Shown in pieces: positions 38,725 to 49,737 of a stretch of 64,000 nt of DNA; the first letter of the stretch is position 1, and every line of letters begins with the position of its first letter. The translations under genes and the position numbers were made by a program. Location of the stretch: the NCBI GenBank assembly GCA_019244185.1, contig JAFATB010000025.1, forward strand, positions 320,001-384,000, read 5' to 3'. Under the pieces are notes generated by a model. It saw nothing but the letters and a program-made list of their open reading frames with translations, did not search any database and was not told where the DNA came from. The stretch comes from Acidobacteriota bacterium (lineage in GTDB: Bacteria; Acidobacteriota; Thermoanaerobaculia; Gp7-AA8).

Positions 38725-41700
38725 TCAGCTCAGACGGCGCACGGCGAGCGCGGCGAGCAGCGCGGCGACCGCGAGCAGCGCCCATTCGTCGAGCGTTGGG
38801 ATGGGGAGGATCTGCTGGATGACGACCGGCGTGGCGACGTCGTTGTTCGACGGATCGTCGTCGTTGTCGGGATCGGCATCCGTGCCGTTCTGCGAGATGT
38901 CGGTCACCGTCACCCCTTCGGGCGACTGGCCGCTGCCGCTGGTCGAGACGTTGTACGTCTTGTCTTCGCAGTTCGCGACGAGGTGGACGTTGATGTGCAC
39001 GATCGCGGTCTGTCCGGGTTGCAGCGTCGCGCCGGCGAGCAGCAGGTTCTGATTCGACGCGCCGTTGTACGCCGGGTCGACGGCGAGGTCGCTGCTGGTG
39101 ATCGACGTGACGCTGTACGTCGCCGGCGGCACGAAGACGCTCGCGAGCGGGGTCGTGGCCTGCACGTTCGACAGCGCGACGTTGCCGAGGTTCTCGAGGC
39201 GGACGTCGAAGACGAGATCGTAGACGCCGCAGGTGCCGGTGTACGTCGACGTCACGTTCATCGCCACGCCGATGCGCGGGCTCTCCGCGACGATCGTGAC
39301 GAGGTGATCCTCGACTTCGCCGTCGGGCGCGAGTCCGGTGACACCGAGGCCGGTCTGCGACGAGATGCGCGCGCGGGCCACGGCGGTTCCCGCCGGCGTG
39401 TTGAGCGGCACCGTCATCGGGAACGACTGCGCGGTGTTCGCGGCGAGCAGCTGATCGGTGACGACGTGCTCACCCGCATCGTTCCAGTCGCCGTCGTGGT
39501 TGTAGTCGACCCAGAGATTGACGAAGCCGCCGGTGGCGCCGGCCTGCAGCGTGACGGTGCCGTCGGTGCCGGAGACGTAGCTGGCCGCGAACGTCACGCC
39601 GTTCTCGTCGTCGATGCCGGCCGTGTCGTCGCCGTCGGCACCGGCGCTCGGCGCGCCGTCGGCTTCCGTATCGACACTCGGGCCGAGGGTCGGATTGTTG
39701 GCGACGAGCACGACGTGCCGCGCGCCGTTCGACGCGAGGAGCGTCGGATACGTCGGATCGGGCGCATCGCCGAAGTCGAGACCTTCGACGTCGATGGCGT
39801 AGTCCTCGACCTCGCCGTTGGTTGCGGCGCCGGTGGGCGTGGCGATACCGGTGGAGCTGAGGCGGAAGCGCGCGTAGCTGGCGGACGTGTGCGCGTTGCA
39901 CGGCACGTTCACGGGGATGACGTTCGCGCCGGCGCTCACCGCGAGCGACGTGGCGATGCGGTCGCCGGCGTCGAACGTGCCGTTGCCGTCGAAGTCGATC
40001 CATGCGTCGAGGCGCGGCGTGGCGATGCCGGCGGTGTTCGTCAGCGTCACGGTCACGTTCTGCGTCGAGCAGGCGACGAGTGCGGACGGCAGCAGGACGC
40101 CGTCTTCATCCGCGCCGTCGCCGGTCGCGCCGCTGCTCGGCTGGCCGTTGCTCTCCGCATCGACGGTCGCGCCGAGGGAGAAGCCGGTGACGAGGATGTG
40201 ATGCGGGCCGTCGGCCGCGAGCGAGGTGCCGTACGAATCGGGCGCATCGCCGAAGTCGACCGCGCCGATGGTGAACGCGTAGTCCTCGACCTCGCCGTCC
40301 GCGGCGTCGCTCGTCGGCGTCAAGCCGCCGGCGGACGAGAGGCGGAAGCGCGCGTACGTCAGGCCTGACGTAGCGTTGCACGGCACGGTCGTGGTGAGCG
40401 CGTTCGCGCCGGCGATCACGGGGACGTTGATGAAGATCTGTTCGCCCGCGTCGGCGAAGTCGCCGTCGCCGTTGTAGTCGATCCACGCGTCGAGTTTCGC
40501 CGCGCCGCTGCTGGTCACGGTGAACGATGCCGGATCGCACGTCGCGAAGGTCGACGTCAGCACGACGCCGTCCTCGTCGTCGGCGCAAGTGCCGATGCGG
40601 CTCGTGCCGGTCGCGAGATCGTCGCCATTTGCGCCGACACTGTCCTGCGACGCGGTCTCGGTGTCGACGCAGGTACCAAGGTACAACGGTACGAGCGGAT
40701 CGACGACGTGCTCGGCGGAGCCGTAGCTCGCCGGCGCGTCGCCGAAGTCGGCGCCGGTCACGGTGACGGCGTAGTCCTCGACCTCGCCGTCGGCCGCGGG
40801 ACCGGTGGGTGCGAGGCCGCCGGCGCTCGAGCAGCGGAAGCGCGCGTAGGTCGTGCCAGGGAGCGCGTTCGCGGGCACGGCCGGATTGAGAACCGTCGGC
40901 GCTCCGATGGGAATGACGAGCGACGCGGCGATCTGTTCGCCGTTGTCGTTGAAAACACCGTTCTGGTTCCAGTCGACCCACGCGTCGAGCGTGCACGGCG
41001 TGGGACCGCCGGACGTGACGGAGAACGCCGCCGTCGCGCCGGGCGTGAACGAGCCGCTGAACGCGACGCCGTCCTCGTCGTCGCCGCCGCTGCAGGTGCC
41101 GGTCGTGGTTCCGGCGGCGAGATCGTCAGCGTTCGCGGCGATGTTCTGCGCGAAACCGCCGTCGCTGTCGACGCACGCGCCGAGGTACGGGGCGTTCGAG
41201 ACGCCGAGCTGATGGCGCGGACCGTTGTCGAGCGCGGTCGTGTTGTAGTCGTTGTGCGCGACGCCCGCGCCGACGTCGGGCGCGTCGCCGTAATCGTAGA
41301 GCAGCGGCGTCACGCTGCCGGTGATGAAGCCGAAGTCGACGGTGAGGTTCGTGTCGTTGTTGCCGTCTTCCGACGTCGGCTCGCCGTTGTCGGTGAGCGT
41401 CACCGGATCGCTGGCGACGAGCGCGCCGACGTTGGTGCCGTTGTCGTCGCCGTTCACGTCGTCGTCGGGATCGGGCGCGGGATCGTTGCCGGTGCTCGTG
41501 GTGAGTCCCGCGAGCGCGCCGCCGCCGTTGAAGTTCTCGGGCGCGACGACGACGATGTAGTTGCCGGGCGCGAGGTTGTCGAAGCGATAGCGGCCGGCGA
41601 AGCCGCCGGACGTCGCGGTGGTGGACGAGCCGGAGAACTCGTCGAGCGTCGGCTCGCCGTCGTTGTTCACGTCGCGATAGAGATCGAGGCGGACGTCGTC

Positions 41701-44700
41701 GATGCCGCTCTCGCCGTTCTGCGGTTCGTACACGCCGTCGTTGTCGGTGTCGCGCCAGACCTGATCGCCGAGGGAGAGCGTGCCGGACGGCAGGATGAAG
41801 CCGGCGTCGAACGTGCGGTTCGTCTCGAGCGCGGCCACGCTGAAGATCGGCGTGAGGCCGGCGGCGTCGGGATCGGAATCGGCGGCATCGTCGCCGCCCG
41901 CGTTCGGCGTCGTCGCGGACGTCGCGGCCGCGGGCTGCACGAACTCGATGAAGTACGGCAGGCCCGGCGCGAGATGTTCGAAGAGGTAGTAGCCGGGACG
42001 TCCATACACGTCGTCGGCGGTGACGGTCGTGGCGATGAGCGGATCGCCGGCGCCCGGCTCGCGGGTGCCGTTGCCGTTGTCGAGATAGAGATGCACGGTG
42101 ACGCCGTTGAGTCCATTCGTCACCGGCTCGTTCTGGATGCCGTCGTGGTTGCTGTCGAACCAGACGTAGTCGCCGGCGGCGCCGAACGCGGTCGGCACGA
42201 GGCCGAAGTCGACGGTCGGATCGTTCTGGTTCGCGGCGAGCGTGACGAGGTGGGAGTTGCCGTTCGCATCGCCGTCGGAGTCTTCCGCGTCGTTCGTCGT
42301 GTCGCGCGCCGACGGAGTGTGATTCGGCGGGCGCACGATGTGGACGTAGTAGGCGCCGGGCGCGAGTCCCGGGAACGTGTACCAGCCGGGCGCGCCGGTG
42401 GGCGAATCGCTGGTGATCGTCGACGCGAGCGGCACGTCGTCGAGCGTTCCGACGACGCCGTCGGCGCCGGGCGAATAGAGCGTCACCGGCACGCCGTTGA
42501 GTCCCGTCGGTCCGTCGTTCTGGATGCCGTCGTCGTTCGTGTCGAGCCAGACGTAGTCGCCGAGGCTTGCGGCGTCGCAGGCGCCGAGCGCGATGCCGAC
42601 CTTCTGCGGTTCGGCGGCGAGCGAGCCGAGTCCGTCGGCGCGGTCGGCCTGATACGCGAACGAGTTGTACGCGATCGCGCTGGGCGGCACGTTGCCCGGC
42701 GTCGTCATGACGAACGTGAACTCGATGAAGTCGAACGGATTGACGACGCGGTTGCCGAATTCGAGCTTGAACGAACGCACGCTCGTGATCGGATCGGGCG
42801 CGACGGACGTCCAGTTCGGCGGATCGCAGCTCGTCGTCGGTCCGCCCACTTCCCCGCGACATGGATTGCCGGACGTCGAGTAGTAGATGGTCGTGCCCGA
42901 TGGCGGCACGATCGGCGCGGCGAGGAGCGGCGACCATTGCGAGCCGCGCGGGTTCGTGTCGCGCACGCCGGTGTCGCCGACGAACGGCAGGATGTCGACG
43001 AGCACGAAGTTCTGCATCGGCACGGTGCCGACGTTCTGCACGCGCAGGTGGTATTCGATGCCGCCGCCCGTGAGCGTGCCCGCGGAAGACGACACCGCGC
43101 CGCCGTCGCACGTGCCTTTGATCGTTTTGCTGGAGACGAGCTGCGCGATGCCGGCCACGGTGAGCGTGCCGGTGGCGCGGCAGAGCGTCTCCGCGGTGTC
43201 GCCGTCGCCGTCGTAGTCGAGCGCGTCCGGCTGCGACGAGCCGCTGCAGCGCAGGGCGAGCGACGGCGCGTCGGAGTCCATGGTCACGTCGTTGGACAGA
43301 CTTCCGGACTGTGCGCCGTTGCGGATGGTCGTATTGATGTTGATCCAGACTTGCTGATTGACGCCGAGATTGCCGCTGCCGGCGTTCCAGCTCCAGCGCA
43401 GCAGCGTGCGGCCGGTGCCGGCGAAGTTCGGGATCTGCGTGAAGTTCTGCGGCGCGGGCAGGCCCGTGGCCTGATCGTCGAACGTCCAGCTGACGAAGAC
43501 GAGATCGACCGGCAGGAGATCGGTGACGACGAGATCCTCCAGCGGCGCGGGATCGCTCGACTGCGCGGCGCTGCGCACGCGCAGACGCCAGGCGACGCTT
43601 TGTCCGGGATTGAAGGGACCGCCGCCGGAGAGGAGATCCTTCGCGGGATTGAGCTGCACGAACGGACCGCTGAGCGTGAAGGAGCGGCAGGCGTTGCGCG
43701 TGACGTTCGTCGGACCGGCGGTGTAGAGGGAGGTGAGGGCGGCGCAGTTCTGGATCGTGTCGCCGGCTGCGACGGGACCGCCGGCGTTGTCGGGATTGAT
43801 GATGCGTCCGGTGATCTGCGGCCGCGTCGACGCCGACATCCCGGCGGCGGCCTGGCCGTACTCCCAGCGCACGCGCGTGACGTACTCGCCCGCGCCGAGG
43901 CCGGGAGGCGGCGCGGTGAGCGTCGTGTTGGTGGTCGTGTTCGGCGAGCTGCCCCACAGCGTGAAGACGCCGGGCGCGGTGTTCTTCTCGTAGCTGACGC
44001 GCACGCCCTCGCCCGCGGCGAAGTCGGAGAGATTGTTGTACGCGCCGGTGGTGACGCTGGCGAGCTGCAGCTCGACCGGCAGCGTGTCGATGATGACGAG
44101 GTTGTCGAGCGGCACGTTGCCGTTGTTCGACGGCACGAGCTCGTAGCTGAAGGTCTGGTTGAGCGTCGGCGGATTCGGCGAGCTGCCGGAGACGTTCTTC
44201 TGCAGTGCCGCGCCGGGCGAGGGCACGAACGTCGTGACGTTGTGCGTCGTCGAGCCGACGCCGAGGTTCTCCGACGGCTTGCCGAGCGGCGTCGCGTCGG
44301 CGGTGAAGGTGTTCGTCACGCTCGTGCCGGACGGAAACGTCGCCGACGGGAACGTGACGTTGACGCTGACGTCGCAGTTGCTGCCGGGCGTGAGCGGCGT
44401 CGCGCACGGCGAGGTCCACGTCACGGTCGCGGGCGTCGTGCCGACGCAGCCGGGCTGGCAGTCGGCGGCGGGCGTCGCGCCGTTGAACACCGTTCCCGAG
44501 GGCAGCGTATCGACGACGGGACCGATCGAGGTGAGGTTCAGCGTGCCGTCGGCGTTCGAGTTCGCGATGCGCAGCCGGTACGTCTCGGGCATGTTGAGAT
44601 TCGCCGGCGACGTCGTTAGCGTCTTCGAGAGCGTCGCATTCTCGGCCGCGACCGCAGTGACGTTCACCGGCGGCGTGGTCATCGTGCCGGGCGACGGGCC

Positions 44701-45132
44701 GAGGTTCGTCCCGTCGGCGGTGTTCGTCGCGACGGTGCCGTCGGGAGTCGAACCGTTGGGGAACTTCACGTTGATGATGAGGTCCCCGCTATTGCCCGCG
44801 GGCAGCGGATTGATGAACGTGAACTGCACGCGCGTGCGTCCGGTGCCGCCGAAGTTCGGCGTCGTGTTGATCGCGGCGACGTCTCCGGTCGGACTCGCGG
44901 GCACGGTCGAGACGAGCTGCACTTCCGCCGGCAGGAGGTCGGTCACGCTCGCGTTGAGGCATGGTCCCGAGGTGCTGCTGCAGTTGTACGTGAGCCGGTA
45001 GCCGAATGTGGCGCCCGTCTGCTTCTTGTTGCCGGGATCGACCTGAATGGCCGATTTGACGAGCGGCTGCGCGGCGAGCTGCAGCGCGAACAGACAGGCC
45101 ACGACCAGGAATCCGGAGCGGAAACGGAGCAC
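38725..45132 (-). CDS. Giant surface adhesin: DUF11/fimbrial-like, SdrD B-like and GEVED repeats, IPTL-CTERM
   Basis: Signal peptide; LGDYVWLDTNDDGIQ (SdrD_B); four DFGDAP...GEVEDY repeats; C-terminus IPTLDEWALLAVAALLAALAVRR. GTG at 45132 chosen from SD spacing; 45138 is the alternative. Confidence 0.92.
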   Translation of the reverse strand: MLRFRSGFLVVACLFALQLAAQPLVKSAIQVDPGNKKQTGATFGYRLTYNCSSTSGPCLNASVTDLLPAEVQLVSTVPASPTGDVAAINTTPNFGGTGRTRVQFTFINPLPAGNSGDLIINVKFPNGSTPDGTVATNTADGTNLGPSPGTMTTPPVNVTAVAAENATLSKTLTTSPANLNMPETYRLRIANSNADGTLNLTSIGPVVDTLPSGTVFNGATPAADCQPGCVGTTPATVTWTSPCATPLTPGSNCDVSVNVTFPSATFPSGTSVTNTFTADATPLGKPSENLGVGSTTHNVTTFVPSPGAALQKNVSGSSPNPPTLNQTFSYELVPSNNGNVPLDNLVIIDTLPVELQLASVTTGAYNNLSDFAAGEGVRVSYEKNTAPGVFTLWGSSPNTTTNTTLTAPPPGLGAGEYVTRVRWEYGQAAAGMSASTRPQITGRIINPDNAGGPVAAGDTIQNCAALTSLYTAGPTNVTRNACRSFTLSGPFVQLNPAKDLLSGGGPFNPGQSVAWRLRVRSAAQSSDPAPLEDLVVTDLLPVDLVFVSWTFDDQATGLPAPQNFTQIPNFAGTGRTLLRWSWNAGSGNLGVNQQVWININTTIRNGAQSGSLSNDVTMDSDAPSLALRCSGSSQPDALDYDGDGDTAETLCRATGTLTVAGIAQLVSSKTIKGTCDGGAVSSSAGTLTGGGIEYHLRVQNVGTVPMQNFVLVDILPFVGDTGVRDTNPRGSQWSPLLAAPIVPPSGTTIYYSTSGNPCRGEVGGPTTSCDPPNWTSVAPDPITSVRSFKLEFGNRVVNPFDFIEFTFVMTTPGNVPPSAIAYNSFAYQADRADGLGSLAAEPQKVGIALGACDAASLGDYVWLDTNDDGIQNDGPTGLNGVPVTLYSPGADGVVGTLDDVPLASTITSDSPTGAPGWYTFPGLAPGAYYVHIVRPPNHTPSARDTTNDAEDSDGDANGNSHLVTLAANQNDPTVDFGLVPTAFGAAGDYVWFDSNHDGIQNEPVTNGLNGVTVHLYLDNGNGTREPGAGDPLIATTVTADDVYGRPGYYLFEHLAPGLPYFIEFVQPAAATSATTPNAGGDDAADSDPDAAGLTPIFSVAALETNRTFDAGFILPSGTLSLGDQVWRDTDNDGVYEPQNGESGIDDVRLDLYRDVNNDGEPTLDEFSGSSTTATSGGFAGRYRFDNLAPGNYIVVVAPENFNGGGALAGLTTSTGNDPAPDPDDDVNGDDNGTNVGALVASDPVTLTDNGEPTSEDGNNDTNLTVDFGFITGSVTPLLYDYGDAPDVGAGVAHNDYNTTALDNGPRHQLGVSNAPYLGACVDSDGGFAQNIAANADDLAAGTTTGTCSGGDDEDGVAFSGSFTPGATAAFSVTSGGPTPCTLDAWVDWNQNGVFNDNGEQIAASLVIPIGAPTVLNPAVPANALPGTTYARFRCSSAGGLAPTGPAADGEVEDYAVTVTGADFGDAPASYGSAEHVVDPLVPLYLGTCVDTETASQDSVGANGDDLATGTSRIGTCADDEDGVVLTSTFATCDPASFTVTSSGAAKLDAWIDYNGDGDFADAGEQIFINVPVIAGANALTTTVPCNATSGLTYARFRLSSAGGLTPTSDAADGEVEDYAFTIGAVDFGDAPDSYGTSLAADGPHHILVTGFSLGATVDAESNGQPSSGATGDGADEDGVLLPSALVACSTQNVTVTLTNTAGIATPRLDAWIDFDGNGTFDAGDRIATSLAVSAGANVIPVNVPCNAHTSASYARFRLSSTGIATPTGAATNGEVEDYAIDVEGLDFGDAPDPTYPTLLASNGARHVVLVANNPTLGPSVDTEADGAPSAGADGDDTAGIDDENGVTFAASYVSGTDGTVTLQAGATGGFVNLWVDYNHDGDWNDAGEHVVTDQLLAANTAQSFPMTVPLNTPAGTAVARARISSQTGLGVTGLAPDGEVEDHLVTIVAESPRIGVAMNVTSTYTGTCGVYDLVFDVRLENLGNVALSNVQATTPLASVFVPPATYSVTSITSSDLAVDPAYNGASNQNLLLAGATLQPGQTAIVHINVHLVANCEDKTYNVSTSGSGQSPEGVTVTDISQNGTDADPDNDDDPSNNDVATPVVIQQILPIPTLDEWALLAVAALLAALAVRRLS

Positions 45133-45284
45133 ACCCACCTCCTACCTTGCGCGAACGGATTTCGGGGGACGAGAAACGACCGCGCGCAGGGTAGCATCCC
45201 GCGCGCAACAGAACGTCAGCGCGGCGCGAAAGAGGCGTCGTTTCGACGCAAAACTCCTCTGCCGCAATTCCGTATAAGCGGCGC

Positions 45285-46169
45285 ATGTCCCTCGAACTGC
45301 GCATTGACGGCCTCTCGAAGACGTACTCCAACGGCGTTCGCGCGCTGCAGAACGTCACGCTGACGATCCCCACCGGCATGTTCGGCCTCCTCGGACCGAA
45401 CGGCGCCGGCAAGTCGACGCTGATGCGCACGATCGCGACGCTGCAGGAAGCCGACGCCGGCTCGATCCTCCTCGGCGATCTCGACGTGCTGCGCCGCAAG
45501 GACGAAGTCCGCCGCGTGCTCGGCTATCTGCCGCAGGAGTTCGGCGTGTACCCGCGCGTGTCGGCCGAGGCGTTGCTCGATCACTTCGCGATCCTGAAGG
45601 GCATTCAGAATCGCAAGGAGCGCCGCGAGATCGTCACCGCGCTGCTGCAGCGCACGAATCTCTTCGAAGTCCGCAAACAGAACCTCGGCACGTTCTCCGG
45701 CGGCATGCGCCAGCGCTTCGGCATCGCGCAGGCGCTCCTCGGCAATCCGAAGCTGATCATCGTCGACGAGCCGACCGCGGGACTCGACCCCGGCGAGCGC
45801 GTGCGCTTTCACAATCTGCTCGCGGAGATCGGCGAGAACGTCATCGTCATCCTGTCGACGCACATCGTCGAAGACGTGAGCGACCTCTGCTCGCGCATGG
45901 CCATCATTTCGCACGGCCGCGTGCTCGCGCAGGGTGATCCGCTCGAGGCGATGCGCGAGGTCGACGGCAAGATCTGGCGGCGGACGATCGCGAAGGACGA
46001 GCTGGCCGCGTATCAGCGCGAGCACGCCGTCATCTCCACGCGCCTGGTGAGCGGACGCACGGTCGTGCACGTCTTCAGTGAAGCGCAGCCGGACGTCTCG
46101 TTCGAGCCGGTGCCCGCCAGCCTCGCCGACGTTTATTTTTCGACGCTGCATCAGGCGGAGGCAGCGTAG
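45285..46169 (+). CDS. ABC transporter ATP-binding protein
   Basis: GPNGAGKST, FSGGMRQR, IIVDEPT. Confidence 0.96.
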   Translation: MSLELRIDGLSKTYSNGVRALQNVTLTIPTGMFGLLGPNGAGKSTLMRTIATLQEADAGSILLGDLDVLRRKDEVRRVLGYLPQEFGVYPRVSAEALLDHFAILKGIQNRKERREIVTALLQRTNLFEVRKQNLGTFSGGMRQRFGIAQALLGNPKLIIVDEPTAGLDPGERVRFHNLLAEIGENVIVILSTHIVEDVSDLCSRMAIISHGRVLAQGDPLEAMREVDGKIWRRTIAKDELAAYQREHAVISTRLVSGRTVVHVFSEAQPDVSFEPVPASLADVYFSTLHQAEAA

Positions 46170-49100
46170 TGTTCGGAGCCATCGCGCGGTTCGAGCTGCG
46201 GTATCACCTCCGCGGCGCGCTGTTCTACATCCTCCTGCTCTCGTACTTTCTGCTCACGTTCGGCGCGGTGACCACGGACGCCGTGCAGATCGGCGGCGCG
46301 GTCGGCAACGTGCACCGCAACGCGCCGTTCGTGATCATGCAGTTCCTCCTGGTGATGAGCATCTTCGGGATCCTCACCACCACCGCCTTCGTAGCGAACT
46401 CGATCCATCGCGACTTCGAGCTCGGCACCGACGCGCTCTTCTTCAGCGCGCCGATCAAACGGCTGCAGTTCCTCGCCGGCCGCTTCCTCGGCTCGTTCAC
46501 CGTGGCCGTGCTCGTCTACACGGGCGTCGCGCTGGCGATCGTGATCGGCGGCGTGATGCCGTGGCTCGAGAAGGCGCGGCTCGGACCGTTCGAGCTGTAC
46601 CCGTACGTCTTCTCGATCGTCTTCCTGGTCATCCCGAACCTGCTGCTCGCCGGCGCGATCTTCTTCTCCGTCGCGGCGCTGACGCGCAGTTTGATGGCGA
46701 CATACGCGAGCGTGGTGGCGTTCCTCGTCGCGTACGCCGTCGCGGGCTCGCTGCTCGAAGACATCGACAACGAGAAACTCGGCGCGCTGCTCGATCCGTT
46801 TGGCTTCACCGCGTTCGGCGTGGCCACGCGCTACTGGACGGTCTTTCAGAAGAACACGCAGGTGCTGCCGCTCGGCGGCATCTATCTCTGGAACCGCGTG
46901 CTGTGGCTCGGGCTCGCGCTGGCCGTGCTCGCGTTCACGTTCTGGCGCTTCCGCTTCACCACCGGCACGCGCAAGGCGTCGCGCCGCGCGCGCAAGGCGG
47001 AGGCGATTGCAGAAGCGGACGTCGCCGCGCCGGCCGCGACGCTGCCGCACGTGGCGCAACGCTTCGGCGGCCGCTCCTCGTGGACGCAGTACTTTGCGAC
47101 GGTCGGCCTCGAGACGCGCGGCATCTTCAAGAGCATCCCCTTCGCGATCATGCTGCTGCTCGGCGTGCTGAACGTCTGGGGCGGCGCGGTCAGCTTCGAA
47201 GACCTCTTCGGCACGCCGGTGTATCCCGCCACCCACCTCATGGTCGACGTGATCCAGGGCAACTTCGCGATCTTCGCGCTGCTGATCGCGGCGTTCTACG
47301 CGGGCGACATCGTCTGGCGCGAGCGCAACCTGAAGCTGAGCGACGTCGTCGACGCGATGCCGGTGCCGACGTGGACGCAGTGGCTGGCGAAGCTGACGTC
47401 GCTGGTGCTGGTCGTCTTCACGACCCTCGTCGCGGCGGTGCTGACCACGATCCTCATCCAGACCGTCAAGGGCTATCACCACTACGAGCTCGGCGTGTAC
47501 GCGAAGTCGGTGCTGCAGATCGGCGTCTGGCTGGCGCTGCTGACCGGGCTCGCGTTCGTGATGCAGGTGCTGTTCAACCAGAAATTCGTCGGCTTCCTCG
47601 GCGTGATGCTCTACTTCGTGGTCAGCCGCGCGCTCCCCGCGCTCGACCACGAGCATCGCCTCTACCGCTTCGCCTCCGTGCCGCCGTTCGACTACTCGGA
47701 CATGAACGGCTTCGGCCACTTCGTGAAGCCGATCGTCGCCTTCGACTCGTACTGGCTCCTGTTCGTCGCCATCCTCCTCGTCGCCGCGCATCTCTTCTGG
47801 GTACGCGGCACGGAAAGCGGACTGCGGCAGCGGCGCAGCCTGGCGCGGCAGCGCTTCAACGGCCGCGTCGCGGCGGCGCTCGCGCTGTTCGTCATCGGCT
47901 TCGCGGGGATCGGCGCCTACATCTACCACAACACCAACGTGCTCAATCGCTACCGCACGACGAAGGAGCGCGAGCGGCTGCAGGCGGACTACGAGAAGAA
48001 ATACAAGCGCTTCGAGCGCGTCGCCCAGCCGCGCATCACCGACGTCGCCGCGGACGTCGATCTCTTCCCCGAGCGCCGCGCGGTCGACATCCGCGGCCAT
48101 TACACGCTCGTCAACAAAACCGCCGCGCCGATCGCCGAGCTGCACGTCGTCGAAGACGTCAACGTGTTGACCACCACGGAGATCTCCATTCCCGGCGCGC
48201 GCGTGAAGAGCGACGACCGCACGCTCGGCTACACGATCTACACGCTCGCGGCGCCGCTCGCGCCGGGCGCGTCGCTGCCGCTCACGTTCCACACCGCCTT
48301 CGCCGCGCGCGGCTTCGTCAACGGCGAGTCGAACACGCAGGTCGTGGCGAACGGGACGTTCATCAACAGCTCGCAGTACTTCCCGCACCTCGGCTACCAG
48401 CGCGGTCTCGAGCTGCAGGATCCGAACAAGCGCCGGCGCAACGGCCTCGGTCCGCTCGAGCGCATGCGCCCCGCGACCGATCTCGCCGCGCGCGGCAACA
48501 ACTACATCTCCACCGACTCCGACTGGCTGAACCTCGACACGACCGTCTCCACCGTCGCCGATCAGACCGCGATCGCGCCCGGTTACCTGCAGCGGACGTG
48601 GACCGCGAACGGCCGCCGCTACTTCCGCTACAAGACCACCTCGCCGATCCTCGGCTTCTGGTCGTATCTCTCCGCGCGTTACTCCGTGAAGCGCGACCAG
48701 TGGCACGGCATGCCGATCGAGGTCTACTACGACGCCAAGCATCCGTACAACGTCGACCGCATGATTTACGCGGTGAAGAAGTCGCTCGACTACTACACCG
48801 CGCACTTCTCGCCTTACCAGCACCGCCAGGTGCGCATTCTCGAGTTCCCGCGCTACGAGCGCTTCGCGCAGTCGTTCCCGAACACGATCCCCTTCTCCGA
48901 ATCGATCGGCTTCATCGCCGACCTGCGCGACAAGGACGCCATCGACTACGTCTACTACGTCACCGCGCACGAGGTCGGGCACCAGTGGTGGGCGCATCAG
49001 GTCATCGGCGGCGCCGTGCAGGGCTCGACGATGCTCAGCGAGACGATGGCGCAGTACTCCGCGCTCATGGTGCAGGAGCACGAGTACGGCCCGGCGAAGA

Positions 49101-49726
49101 TGCAGAAGTTCTTAAAGTACGAGCTCGATCGCTATCTGCGCGACCGCGGCGGCGAGCTCGTGGCGGAGATGCCGCTCGTGCGCGTCGAAGACCAGGGCTA
49201 CATCCACTACCGCAAGGGCAGTCTCGTGATGTACGACCTGCGCGATGCGATCGGCGAGGACCGCGTCAACGCGGCGCTGGCGAAGTTCCTCCGCGACTAC
49301 GGCTTCCAGCAGCCGCCGTACACGACGGCGCCGGAGCTCGTGCGCTACTTCCGCGCCGTCGCGCCCGCGGACCGGCAGAACCTCATCACCGATCTCTTCG
49401 AGCGCATCACGCTCTACGACGTCGAGGCGCGCGACGCGTCCGCGACCAAACGCGCCGACGGCAAGTACGTCGTCACGATGACGGTCGCGGCGAAGAAGCT
49501 GCGCTCCGATGCAAAGGGCGAGGAACAGCCGGTGCCGGTCGATGACTGGATCGACATCGGCGTCCTCGGCGACGACGACAAGGTGCTCTTCTCCGAGAAG
49601 CGGCACATCACGAAAGCGTCGGAGACGTTCACGGTCGTCGTCAGCGAGAAGCCGAAGCGCGCGGGCATCGATCCGTTCAACAAACTGATCGACCGGAATC
49701 CGAAGGACAACACGAAGAGCGTTTGA
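46169..49726 (+). CDS. ABC-2 permease fused to M1 aminopeptidase
   Basis: About 12 N-terminal TMs; AHEVGHQWW plus SETMAQY; HYRKGS. Confidence 0.92.
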   Translation: MFGAIARFELRYHLRGALFYILLLSYFLLTFGAVTTDAVQIGGAVGNVHRNAPFVIMQFLLVMSIFGILTTTAFVANSIHRDFELGTDALFFSAPIKRLQFLAGRFLGSFTVAVLVYTGVALAIVIGGVMPWLEKARLGPFELYPYVFSIVFLVIPNLLLAGAIFFSVAALTRSLMATYASVVAFLVAYAVAGSLLEDIDNEKLGALLDPFGFTAFGVATRYWTVFQKNTQVLPLGGIYLWNRVLWLGLALAVLAFTFWRFRFTTGTRKASRRARKAEAIAEADVAAPAATLPHVAQRFGGRSSWTQYFATVGLETRGIFKSIPFAIMLLLGVLNVWGGAVSFEDLFGTPVYPATHLMVDVIQGNFAIFALLIAAFYAGDIVWRERNLKLSDVVDAMPVPTWTQWLAKLTSLVLVVFTTLVAAVLTTILIQTVKGYHHYELGVYAKSVLQIGVWLALLTGLAFVMQVLFNQKFVGFLGVMLYFVVSRALPALDHEHRLYRFASVPPFDYSDMNGFGHFVKPIVAFDSYWLLFVAILLVAAHLFWVRGTESGLRQRRSLARQRFNGRVAAALALFVIGFAGIGAYIYHNTNVLNRYRTTKERERLQADYEKKYKRFERVAQPRITDVAADVDLFPERRAVDIRGHYTLVNKTAAPIAELHVVEDVNVLTTTEISIPGARVKSDDRTLGYTIYTLAAPLAPGASLPLTFHTAFAARGFVNGESNTQVVANGTFINSSQYFPHLGYQRGLELQDPNKRRRNGLGPLERMRPATDLAARGNNYISTDSDWLNLDTTVSTVADQTAIAPGYLQRTWTANGRRYFRYKTTSPILGFWSYLSARYSVKRDQWHGMPIEVYYDAKHPYNVDRMIYAVKKSLDYYTAHFSPYQHRQVRILEFPRYERFAQSFPNTIPFSESIGFIADLRDKDAIDYVYYVTAHEVGHQWWAHQVIGGAVQGSTMLSETMAQYSALMVQEHEYGPAKMQKFLKYELDRYLRDRGGELVAEMPLVRVEDQGYIHYRKGSLVMYDLRDAIGEDRVNAALAKFLRDYGFQQPPYTTAPELVRYFRAVAPADRQNLITDLFERITLYDVEARDASATKRADGKYVVTMTVAAKKLRSDAKGEEQPVPVDDWIDIGVLGDDDKVLFSEKRHITKASETFTVVVSEKPKRAGIDPFNKLIDRNPKDNTKSV

Positions 49727-49737
49727 ACGGCTCAGCC

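Noticed and set aside
40708-44619. 1303-aa plus-strand and 1097-aa minus-strand ORFs
   Set aside because: Shadow frames of the adhesin; Arg-rich with no motifs.
46078-49545. 1155-aa and 976-aa alternative ORFs
   Set aside because: Off-frame or antisense to the permease-peptidase gene.
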